Positions 38,106 through 48,901 of a DNA stretch of 64,000 nucleotides are shown here, piece after piece. The notes under the pieces were generated by a model that saw only the letters and a list, made by a program, of their open reading frames with translations, was not told the DNA's origin and searched no databases. Each line of letters starts with the position of its first letter. The stretch's first letter is position 1. Source of the stretch: Squalus acanthias (taxonomy: Eukaryota); assembly GCA_030390025.1 (NCBI GenBank), contig CM059432.1, positions 96,474,001-96,538,000 on the forward strand. Direction: 5' to 3'. The translations under genes and the position numbers were made by a program.

Positions 38106-38713
38106 ACGCGATCTGAACAAAAACTCTCGGACAGCGATAACCTAAGACGGGTGAGTACGCTTAAAATTACCACCTGTAAAATTAGAGGTTAATCGCTGGT
38201 GAGACGTTAAGTAAGATCGACGTACAAAAGAACTATAAAAAGAAAGACACCTTTAATTGAAGGCGGTTAAAACTGCCGGACTGCGGTACCGGAAAACAAG
38301 GGTTTAGAAACCCGGTAGGCCCACAAGGTGCGGCTCTTAAGAAGTAGTTAAACGGATTGTTTTAACACTGGGTGAAGGACGAGTCCTTCTGGCCGAAAAG
38401 TAGACTAAGCGCGTGACTGCTTAAAGTATAAGGAGATCCGTTGTGTCAATAAAGTATAAAGTTGAACTGAGAATCACGGAGTGATCGACTCGGACAAGGG
38501 TGGTGCCTGTCTCAAACACCTAGCCTGAGCCTGAATTAAGAGGATGTAGTCCCACGTGACGGCCAGGATCAAGTAGGCGTAGGGACTACAAAGCACCACA
38601 GGATCGTGATCACGTGACAAGTAAGGGTGTATAAAATATTGAATAAAGTATAGGAGTACTCGAAAACTTTGGATATGACTAGTAAAGAGGATAAGGAACC
38701 CTGGGGAGACCCA

Positions 38714-39485
38714 GGGCTGAATTTTGTCTTGGGGTCGGGTTGGGGTCGTGTAATCCGCATTTCGTGTTTCCCCCTCGACTCCAGATTAATGTGGATGCCT
38801 GATGCAATTTTCACTTAATTGGGCAATTGAGTTGGAGCATGTGGGAACCCATGAACTAATTAGTGTTTTCAGTCTGAAAGGCGCCTCTGATGATGTCATC
38901 ATTGCTGACTGTCTAGTCTCAGAGACTGTTGGTGACAGAGGACCTGCCTGGCTTTTGATGTGAGTGGACCTGGATGCAAAAATGCGGGGGGGGGGTGTGT
39001 TGGGGAGAGAGAGAGAGAGAGAGAGAGAGATAATTTTTTTGCCTAGCAAGTCCTCCCAGGCAGTCTTTGAAGACATTCAATGCAGCAGCATCAGAGGCGA
39101 CGTTCAGACCTAATACTACTACTACTACCTTCACCACATCTCTGTTGTAATAGTGGACCTGCAGCCGATAGTCAGCTATCCACTTGTGCTCCCGCCAGGT
39201 TTCACTGGAGTGTTTCACACCAGGCGTGCTTCACGTCAGAAGAGGGTTAAACTAGCTACAGCATTTCAAAATGGCATTACAGAGCCAATTTAGAGCTTGT
39301 TAAGGGCTTTAATGGCCTCTCCCGCCTCTTGAAGGCGGGACGGAGTCGGGAACCCCGCGACTGATTATGTCAAAATTGCGTGGAGGCGGGATGGAGTCGG
39401 GATGGGCTCGGAAACCCCGACCCTGCAAATTTAACCCCCCACACGCCTCCAAACCCGACTCCATGGGTCATTCAAAATCCAGCCC
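38714..39485. mobile_element. PIF/Harbinger-type MITE inserted in gag
   Basis: TIRs gggctgaatttt / aaaatccagccc. TSD CCA (38711-38713, 39486-39488). Same family as 57404-58002. Confidence 0.85.
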
Positions 39486-40078
39486 CCAGAGTCTGTAACA
39501 CGATATGCTTATGACAAGAATAAAAAACTAATTAAGAAAATGAGGAAGGCAGGGTGGAACCGAGAGGATAAACTAGACATACAAAGGGACTGGTGGATGA
39601 AACAAACCAAATATAAATTGGAAAAAGCGTACATTATCGTGGCGGCACGTTACCATCGGGAATGTACGCTCCAGCGCGGAGTCCTTAAGACATATCCAGT
39701 AGCTGCAACCGCCCCAAACCCGGGTGACTCCCGGGAAAAGGTATACCCAGAACTGCCCTGGGGGGGCCGACCGGCTGTCCTCCCCCGTATTCAGGACACC
39801 AGTCGGTGGCCCTGGAGCCTGTTCCGATGGCACCAGTGACACTGCAATATAGGCCGGCAATCCCCACGGTCCCGGCAGTTCCCGCGGTGGGGGGAAATCC
39901 GGCTGTTCCGGCAGTACCGAGCAGGCCGGCCACCGCAACGATGACCTACACACCGTTAAGCCTGCAGGACCGGGTGATTCTCCTCAACGAATTGCCAACC
40001 TTAAAACACCGCCAGAATAATCAGACATTCTGGCACAAACTGAGCGAAGTACGCATAAACCATGCCCTACATAGTATA

Positions 40079-40678
40079 TGATGCGGAGATGCCGGTGTTG
40101 GACTGGGGTGGACAAAATTGAGAGGTCGCACAACACCAGGTTATAGTCCAACAGTTTTATTTGAAATCACAAGCTTTCGGAGCTATCGATTGCTCCTTCC
40201 TCAGGTGAAGTAAATTAGATACAGAATCGCCAAAGCATATATAGATAGAAAACAAAGCATGTGTACCTTACAATTGCAGACCACTAAATTAAATCATCCT
40301 GACTATCTGCCGAGGTGTGATAAAGTTAATTAAGTCAGCCAGGAAGGTACCACATCAAAGACATAGCAAGATACAACTGAGACAATGAGGTGTAGTCGCA
40401 GGGGTTCTAACGTGTCAAAAGCTGCCGTCTGTATGTAAAACGAAAAGCTTTAAAATTTTTACATTTTTACTGGGAAAATTTTTACTTTTTTACTGGGAAT
40501 CACATCTGTGAACAAGCTAACGACGACTCGAATCCGGATCACGTCATGTATCGTGACATAAACCCAAGATCCCGATTGAGACCGTCTTCATGAGTGCGGA
40601 ACTTGGCTATCAGTTTCTGCTCGATGATTTTGCGTTGTCGTGTGTTTCTAAGGTTGCCTTGGAGAACGCTTACCCGCA
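40079..40678 (-). mobile_element. 5'-truncated Penelope-like element of a second family inserted in gag
   Basis: 11-bp TSD TACATAGTATA. The minus strand encodes a GIY-YIG C-terminus RVSVLQGNLRNTRQRKIIEQKLIAKFRTHEDGLNRDLGFMSRY, followed by a pLTR. Confidence 0.85.
40168..40207 (-). ncRNA. Minimal type I hammerhead ribozyme (second Penelope family)
   Basis: Minus strand: CAC-CTGAGGA-a-GGAGC-aatcgata-GCTCC-GAAAGCTT-GTG. Cores intact, stem II GGAGC/GCTCC, stem I CAC/GTG, palindromic AGCT stem III. Confidence 0.7.
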
Positions 40679-41607
40679 TACATAGTATAGACATCGATCA
40701 ATTGGTACGAGCTAAATGTCCCGAGGAACAGTGGAGATTAGTGCAGGGCAACCACGGAAATGGCCAGTGGGCCGCAAATACAGGACAGACAATCCAACAA
40801 TTAAACACTGAGTTCGACCAATTCAAGGCCGCTGTGGAAGCAGCAATGGGACAGGCCCTCGTAAATTGGGCAGCTATAAGCGGAATCACACAAAAAAAGG
40901 GAGAAAGCGCCATCGATTATGGAAAACGAAAGTGGTCCGCCTTTGAGGGTAACTTTGGGATCCCAGGCCCCTTAAACAAAAACAACGCTTGTTTTCTGCA
41001 AACATTTAAACAGGGACTAAGTCCAATGCACCAGAATGCAATAAAAATGGGGCTAGTGGTCCACAATAATTGGGATGATTTAATACAGTGGGCGTGCGAA
41101 GTAGATAATCAGGCCCAAGAACAAGCCAAACCTAAAATAGCTGCTCTAAGGACGGATAGCGACAATGAAGATGCATTAAGTGTGGCGGCATGCTTCGGTT
41201 GCGGACAGGAGGGCCACATGAAAAGGGATTGCCCGAGGCAACAGAACAAGGGGGGTAATCAGACATCTCAGCAAAAGGCTTCCTGTCATAACTGTGGAAA
41301 ACCAGGGCATAGGAAACAACAATGTTGGAATAAAGGAGGAGGAAGGGAAGGTCAGGGACCTAGACAGGGAGGAAAACCGGGGTCAAGTATTGGAAGGTCA
41401 GAGAATAATGAGGAAAACGTGGCAAAACTGATCAAGAAGGGAATGCAAGACTGGGAGGATGACAGGGAAAGAGAAGAAAGGAAGAGGAGAAAGAGTAGGA
41501 AGTATAAGAGAGACGATTCCTCAGACACCTCCGACGAGGAAGACATAGTGGAGCTGACAAGGAAAATGGAAAAACTGGTCAAACAAATAAAAAAGGGCAA
41601 CGCCTGA

Positions 41608-43167
41608 CAGGTAGCGGCCCTCGGAGACCCGGCAAAGGGATACCCTAGAATGTTTATTGAGGCACTGGTAGGGGGCCGACAGTGCAGAATGCTCATAGAC
41701 ACCGGGGCAGCAATATCTCTAACAAACGTACCCTTGCCGCTAACCAAGAAAAATATTTTTATATCCGGGATAGGGGGAGTAAAAATTAAAGCATGGAAAA
41801 GTGAGACAGTATTACTAGAATTAGGAAAAATCATTATACCTACATGTTTCTGGATCTGTGAAAATACTGAGGGGACCATCCTGGGTATAGACATACTAAG
41901 GGAAGTGGGAGTTTTAATAGACCCCAAGCAGGATAAGTTGCTAAGGCCTGATAACCATAAGGAAGAGAGACATAAATCAAAGGGATCCAAGACAGCATGC
42001 GCCATCAGCGCTCTCTGAATAATAGACCCCAAATGGGACGAAAAGGGAGGATGGGGGGAAATTTGCCACCGATTCCCCGAACTATGGGCCAAACACAAGC
42101 AGGACTGCGGACTGGTCAAGATAAACCCAGTCAGAGTCCCCGGGCCAACCCACCGACCCCATAAACAGTATCCCCTAAAAATGGAGGCCCAGACAGCCAT
42201 ACGGAGTATAGTATTGGAACTAGTTAAACAAGGAATTTTGCGAGAAACAGTGTCCGGCACTAATTCTCCAGTGTGGCCCGTAAAGAAACCTGATGCGTCA
42301 TATCGACTTACAATCGATTACACAGCCTTAAATAAAGTGACCCCAAAGGAATATCCAATTGTAGCAAGCCCAGCTACTATCTTTAACGGTTTAAAACCAG
42401 AACACAAAATATTCACCGTGTTAGACATCGCAAACGGATTCTGGTCCATTCCCCTGCATGAAGAATCACAAGAAAAATTCGCCTTTACAATAGGCGGCAA
42501 ACAGTATACATGGACACGGGTCCCACAAGGATTCCATAACAGTCCAGCCATTTTTCACCGCCACATGGCCAGAGCTCTTGAAGACCTAGACTTAGAGGGT
42601 GAAAATAGTACCCTCTTACAATACGTGGATGACCTCCTAATAGCATCAGAAACGAAAGAGGGACACAAGGGGGCCCTGACAAAGGTCTTTTCAGCCCTAC
42701 GGGATGCGGGTTTTAAGGCAAACCCAGCCAAAGCCCAGGTAGGAAAATTGGAAGTCATATACCTGGGGTATAGGGTCAGTATGGGAAAAAGGGCTATGCC
42801 AGAGGAAAGGAAGGAGGCAATCCGCCAAATGCCAAGGCCCATAAACGTGAGAGGAGTACGTCAGGTACTCGGTCTCTTTAACTTTAGCCGGAACTTTATA
42901 GAAGGCTTCTCACACGTGGCCGCGCCCCTGTATGAATCAACAAAGTGGGGTAGGGCAGCAGAAGAACCCATCGAGTGGACATCCACTCAGGAGGAAGCTT
43001 TTACCAAACTTAAACAAGCCCTGACCGCCGCCCCCGTGTTAGGATTACCTGACCAAGAGAGACCCTATCACATATTCTGTCACAATCATGACGGACACTA
43101 TAGCGCCGTAGTAGCCCAGGAGCACGGAGGAAACATGAGATCGGTGGCCTACTATTCCACTAGATGA
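41608..43167 (+). pseudogene. pol: ERV protease + reverse transcriptase + tether/connection domain (one internal stop at 42016-42018)
   Basis: LIDTGA and ILGID (aspartic protease); NSPVWPVKKPD, YRLTIDY, VLDIANGFWSIP, WTRVPQGFHNSP, QYVDDLLI (RT); LTAAPVLGLPD...VAYYS. All in the gag frame. Confidence 0.93.
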
Positions 43168-43239
43168 TCCCCCATCGTGGCAGTGTAAAACCGATAGGGG
43201 AGTCCCAGTCCCATTAATACCCCTTGAGTATAATATTGT

Positions 43240-44377
43240 TAAATTACATCGAGACATACCAGAACCTGAGCTGAAAATTTGGGAAGAGAAGGGAGTAATG
43301 CTATCCAGAGATAAGGTCTGGAGAAAGGAGGGACGGGTCTGTGCACCCGAGTGTATCCAACAGGAACTAATGAGGTTGTATCATGGACAAGCCCATACAG
43401 GGGCCAGCCGAATGATAAATAACATAGGCCAATGCTGGTGGTGGCCCGGACTATCAAGCAGTGTAAGGAAGTATTGTAAGGATTGCCACATTTGTGCGCA
43501 ATGTAACACCGGAAAACCAGTAAAGGTAAAATGGGGTAGACAGCCGAGACCCAAGGGACCCTGGGAGAAACTACAAATAGACTTTACCGGACCATTAACC
43601 AAAAGCAAAGGAAAAACCTACTGTCTGGTAATAATCGACCAATTCACAAGGTGGGTGGAAGCTTTCGCCACCCGAAACTGTACCGCCAGTACCGTGGCCC
43701 GGATCTTGGCAGAAGAAATAATACCCCGGTGGGGAGTCCCATTACAAATAGATTCAGATAATGGAACACACTTTACCGGAAAGGTAATGAAAGAGGCTTG
43801 CGTAAGGCAGAAATTTCACATACCTTACCATCCCGAAAGTTCAGGAATGGTGGAACAAATGAATCGGACCTTAAAACGATCTCTCACAAAGGCAATTGTG
43901 GAGACGGGGCAGGGATGGGCGGAACTGATACCCACGATCCTAATGAGACTAAGGGCCACACCAAATAGCACCACCGGACTGACCCCTTTTGAATTAATGA
44001 CGGGACGGGCAATGGCGCTTCCCGAAGGAGTAGTGACCGGAGGGGAAGATGTGGGACCTTTAAAAGACAGAATCAGAAGGTTCATAAAGCAATTATGTGC
44101 GGAACTGCACGGGCTGAGACAGGAGGTTAGAGACCAGCAGATAATCAAGGATCTGGAAAGGGATACCAAGGAACAAAAGAAAGTTATACCTGGGGTGGGA
44201 AGTCAGGTAATGTCCAGAATTATTCCAATAAAACCTGGGTTATGGCCCCAGTGGGAAGGACCCTATTTGGTATTAATGACCATCGACACTTGTGCGTGTA
44301 TAGACTTGCACGGCACTGGAAAAGGAAGATGGAAACACTGGACACAATTAAAATTATACAAAGAACCCGATGAGTAA
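43240..44377 (+). pseudogene. pol: ERV integrase (open frame; RNase H deleted upstream)
   Basis: HHCC (H GQA H ... CHIC), LQIDF, IDQFTRWVEAF, IDSDNGTHFT, YHPESSGMVEQMN (D,D,E), TGLTPFE, WEGPY. Confidence 0.93.
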
Positions 44378-44800
44378 CCCAGAAATCATATTGCACAAGG
44401 AAAGCAAGGATTATTGGCATAAAGTCCAAAAGGAGCCGGACGACCTTGTATTCGCGTGAATAGGATCCTGTTGCATTATGATAGTAATATTCTTCGTGGT
44501 CTGTATGTTTCAATAGATCTGGGAAACGGGCCAGGAGAGAAGAGACTGGAACAGGATTGAGTCAATAAGGATGAACAAAATAAACTAATCACACAACTCT
44601 CTAAAAAAATTACAGAAAACGGAACACTTAATGAAACCAATGCCTGCTAACAAACAAAGGTTACAAGATGAGGAAGTGGAAGGCATTCTACTAATTTAAT
44701 TGGATGTATCTGCATGGCTTGAATAATTGTAGGTTCTGTATGCGTCTATCAAGGAGTGTGTATCCGGGTACGGGGTAACCCAAGGCCCGAGATAGTAGAA
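44370..44800 (+). pseudogene. env: Internally deleted env remnant
   Basis: ATG overlapping the pol end, hydrophobic signal-like IGSCCIMIVIFFVVCMF, then heptad-like KDEQNKLITQLSKKITENGTLNETN with N-glycosylation sequons, and a Trp-containing membrane-proximal remnant. Several stops. Confidence 0.5.
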
Positions 44801-45456
44801 GTAGTAAGAATGGAATAATTAACTGCTGGTGACGACCAGCCTTGTATTTCCACAGGGCAAATTAGAAGAACGACGGAAGAAGGGACGGCCGACAACAAGG
44901 AACAAGATGATCAAGTATCTGCTTATATATGGCCTTATAGGCCTAGGCATACTCCATAATGTAGAAAGGATGCCTAAAACTAAGAAAGGAGGATGAGGAG
45001 CTTCTCGCAGGAGATCCCTCAGCCACTCTTATGAGAATGGTGTAAGACCCGATCTATAGCCCTAAAATTACAAAGAATGAATTGGACACGATAATTAATA
45101 ACCAGGCCGGCCAACCGTAAGACAGGAGTGGCAGAAACAGGATTGGTGAGTGATGACAGTCTCGAAAGGACACGTCACGCACCCACCGGGGGATGGAGGA
45201 TGAGCTCGAACCAAAAGCTCAAACCATTGATGCAGGGCTCTGGGGCCCCGGGAATGGCAACATAAGAACAAAGACAAAAAAAAAGACCACATATACCGCG
45301 TGGGGTGAAACCGGCTCATAAGTTGGTTTATGTAATACCCATGTATAACCTAGACTGGTAGAAGGCCAGAGAGTGCACGCTCGGGCAAACACCAGGCAAC
45401 AGGAATACATGTTGACCTGTATTGGAACAGTTGTCCAATAGGTCAAAAGGGGGGAC

Positions 45457-45933
45457 TGAAGTAAGATATTAAAAAATTGGAAATAACAAAGGCAAGACGG
45501 GCATGACTCATTTGCAGAGAAGCAGGCCTATAATGAGATGAACAGAAGCAGGCCTATAACGAGATGAACAGAAGCAGGCCTATAACGAGACTAACAGAAA
45601 ACGGCTAGCACAGTTCTGGAAACCACATCATGGGCTAGCACAACTTGTGTGTAAATTATGTGTTATCTTTGTATAAACCACCACCCTCGGATAATGAGTA
45701 AATGTGTAACTTTTAAAATTAATTGGATCTCCGTAAGGGTAAGGCAGCAATGTTGTATAAATATGTGTGCTTTGATTAGCTTGGCGGAGTTGGACTTACG
45801 CAGCGACGTAAGAGGTTCTCCCCAGGCATGAATAAACCGTTGTGACTTCAATTACTTGGTCTGTCTTTCCTTCAACAAGCCAGTAGCGTTGACCTTGTAT
45901 ATCACTTGATCCGCACTTTGGGGGCTTACTTCG
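45457..45933 (+). repeat. ERV 3' LTR
   Basis: Direct repeat of 37608-38085, roughly 14 differences by manual count. Terminal CA mutated to CG. Confidence 0.95.
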
Positions 45934-46186
45934 CAGTGTATTTTTTAAATGGTGAGAGATTGGGAAATGTTGGTGTTCCGAGGGACCTGGGTGTCCTTGT
46001 ACACGAATCACTGAAAGTTAACATGCAGGTACAGCAAGCAATTAGAAAAGCAAATGGTATGTTGACCTTAATTACAAGAGGATTTGAGTATAAGAGTAAA
46101 GACATCATACTGCAATTATATAGGGCTCTGGTGAGACCACACCTGGAGTATTGTGTACAGTTTTGGTCTCCTTATCTAAGGAAGGA

Positions 46187-47610
46187 TCTTCTTAGGCAGG
46201 CAGTCCCTCGGAACCGAGGATGACTTGCTTCCACATTAAAAATGAGTTCGCAGGTGACTGATGAGTCCAATGCGAGACCTACAGTCTCTGTCACAGGTGG
46301 GGCAGACGATGGTTGAAGGGACAGGTGGGTGGGCTGCTTGGGTTGACATGCGCTCCTTGCGCTGCCTGCGCTTGGCTTCCGCTTGCTCCCGGCGAAGAGA
46401 CTCGTGGTGTTCGGCGCCTTCCCAGATGCTTCTCCTCCACTTTGTGCGGTCTTGGGCCAGGGATTCCCAGGTGTCGGTGGGGATGTTACACTTTTTCAAG
46501 GAGGCTTTGAGGGTGTCCTTGAAGCATTTCCTCTGCCCACCTGGGGCTCTCTTGACGTGCCGGAGCTCCGAGTAGAGTGCTTGTTTTGGGAGTCTCGTAT
46601 CGGGCATGCGGACAATGTGACCCGTCCATCGGAGCTGATCAAGCGTGGTCAAAGCTTCGATGCTGGGGATGTTGGCCTGAGCAAGAATACTGACGTTGGT
46701 GTGCCTATCCTGCCAATGGATTTGCAGGATCTTGCGGAGGCAGCATTGGTGGTACCTCTCCAGTGCTTTGAGATGCCTGCTGTACATGGTCCATGTCTCT
46801 GAGGCATACAGCAGGGCGGGTATCACTGCTGCTCTGTAGACCATGAGCTTAGTGCCGGGTTTGAGGTCCTGGTCTTCAAACACTCTCTTCCTCAAGCGAC
46901 CGAAGGCTGCACTGGCACACTGAAGGCGGTGTTGGACTTCGTCATCGACGTCTGCCCTTGTTGACAGTAGGCTCCCGAGGTATGGAAAGTGGTCCACGTT
47001 GTCCAAGATCTTGTCGTGGATTTTGATAATCGGGGAGCAGTACTGTATGGCGGGGGCAGGTTGGTAGAGGACCTTTGTCTTACGGATGTTTAGTGTAAGG
47101 CCCATGCTCTCGTACGCTTCGGTGAAGGTGTTGACGATGGTTTGGAGTTCGACCTCCGAGTGAGCGCAGACGCAAGCGTCGTCTGCATACTGTAATTCGA
47201 CGACAGAGGATGGGACGACCTTGGATCTGGACTGGAGGCGACGGAGGTTGAACAATTTCCCGTTTGTTCTGTAAGTTAGCTCCACTCCAGTGGGCAGCTT
47301 ACTGAGGGTGAGATGGAGCATTGCAGCAAGGAAGATCGAGAAGAGCGTTGGTGCGATGACACAGCCTTGCTTGACCCCGGTTCGTACGTGAATTGGATCT
47401 GTGGTGGAACCGTTGGTCAGGATCACGGCTTGCATGTCATCGTGAAGCTGGCGGAGGCTAGTGAAAACTTTTGAGGGCAGCCGAATTTGAGGAGGACACT
47501 CCATAATCCCTCACGGTTGACAGTGTCGAAGGCCTTTGTGAGATCAAAGAAGGCCATGTACAGCGGTTGGTGCTGTTCCCTGCATTTCTCTTGTAATTGA
47601 CATGCGGTGA
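46187..47610 (-). mobile_element. 5'-truncated RTE-clade LINE
   Basis: TGVKQGCVIAP, LQYADD, FPYLGS, LLYASETW, QLRWTGHIVRM..RLPK, C-terminal CPTCDRDCRSRIGLISH. Short (gaa) tail at 46187. Confidence 0.93.
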
Positions 47611-48224
47611 AGCCCTCGCTTTCTGTGCCAGAGAAGTTGATTGGCATTGCAGGAACATAAATCTCCTCATTAAAAAGGTAATTTTTTTAATTCATTCATG
47701 GAATGTGGACATCGCTGACAAGGCCAGCATTTATTGACATAGATATACTTGCCATAGAGGGAGTGCAACAAAGGTTCACCAGACTGGTTCCTGGGATGGG
47801 GGGATTGTCCTATGAGGACAGATTAAGTAGACTAGGCCTATATTCTCTAGAGTTTAGAAGAATGAGAGGTGATCCCATTGAAACATACAAAATTCTTACA
47901 GGGCTTGACAGGGTAGATGCAGGGAGGATGTTTCCCCTGGCTGGGGAGTCTAGAACCAGGGGTCACAGTCTCAGAATAAGGGGTCGGCCATTTAGGACTG
48001 AGGTGAGGAGAAATTTCTTCACTCAGAGGGTGGTGAATCTTTGGAATTCTCTACCCCAGAGGGCTCAGTCGTTGAGTATATTCAAGGCAGAGATCGATAG
48101 ATTTTTGAATATTAAGGGAATTAATGGATATGGGGATAGTTCAGGTAAGTGGAGATGAGGTAGAAGATCAGCCATGATCTTATTGAATGGTGAAGCAGGC
48201 TAAATGCTCCTATTTCTTATGTTC

Positions 48225-48901
48225 AATGGGATCACCATTGTCGAAGCCCCCACCATCAACATCCTGGGGGTCACCATTAACTTAACTGGACCAGCCACAT
48301 AAATAATGTGGCTACGAGAGCTGGTCAGAGGCTGGGTATTCTGCAGCGAGTGACTCAACTCCTGATTCCCCAAAGCCTTTCCACCATCTATAAGCCACAA
48401 GTCAGGAGTGTGATGGAATATTCTCCACTTGCCTGGATGTGTGCAGCTCCAACAACACTCAAAAAGCTCGACACCATCCAGGACAAAATAGGCACCTTAA
48501 ACATTCACTCCCTCCACCACCGGCGCACCGTGGCTGCAGTGTGTACCATCTACAAGATGCACTGCAGCAACTCACCAAGGCTTCTTCGGTAGCATCTCCC
48601 AACCTTGCAACCTCTACCACCTAGAAGGAGAAGAGCAGCAGAGGCATGGGAACACCACCACCTGCAAGTTCCCTCCAAGTCACACATCATACTGGCTTGG
48701 AAATACATCGCCGTTTCTTCATTGTCACTGGGTCAAACTCCTGGAACTCCCTCTCTAACATCACTATGGGAGTACCTTCACCTCATGGACTGCAGTGGTT
48801 CAAGAAGGCAACTCACCATCACCTTCACAGGTCAATTAGGGATGGGCAATAAATGCTGGCCTTGTCAGCGATGTCCACATTCCACGAATGAATTAAAAAA
48901 A
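48225..48901 (+). mobile_element. 3' fragment of the Zenon-like CR1-group LINE (same family as 58516-60749)
   Basis: ATRAGQRLGILQRV..QVRSVMEYSPLAW; ends gggatgggcaataaatgctggcc...attaaaaaaa. Confidence 0.85.

Larger units (their letters stand above)
38675..41607 (+). pseudogene. gag: ERV gag, interrupted by two insertions and one frameshift
   Basis: Removing the MITE and Penelope inserts plus one TSD copy each restores MTSKEDKEPWGDP|ESVTRYAYDKNKKLIKKMRKAGW... and NHALHSI|DIDQLVRAKCP. YPEL and PPPY late-domain motifs, capsid-like region, and two CCHC knuckles (CFGCGQEGHMKRDC, CHNCGKPGHRKQQC). Confidence 0.9.
37608..45933 (+). mobile_element. Defective endogenous retrovirus (LTR-gag-pro-pol-env remnant-LTR)
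   Basis: Paired ~478-bp LTRs, perfect 5-bp TSD CAGTG (37603-37607, 45934-45938), PBS, PPT aaaagggggga (45445-45455), and gag/PR/RT/IN motifs in retroviral order. Confidence 0.95.
37568..48222 (+). mobile_element. CR1 fragment split into 37568-37607, 45934-46186 and 47741-48222 by the ERV and the RTE
   Basis: EVIHFGRKNRKA | YFLNGERLG...VRPHLEYCVQFWSPYLRKD | ILAIEGVQQRFTRL...: colinear CR1 RT C-terminus. Confidence 0.85.

Noticed and set aside
42016..42018. Second readthrough stop between protease and RT
   Set aside because: The context (TGA-A) is not leaky, and a TGG or CGA to TGA decay mutation is simpler. Other copies are needed to be certain.
41352..42260. 302-aa minus-strand ORF over gag-pro
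   Set aside because: Antisense shadow of purine-rich coding sequence, with no domain signal.
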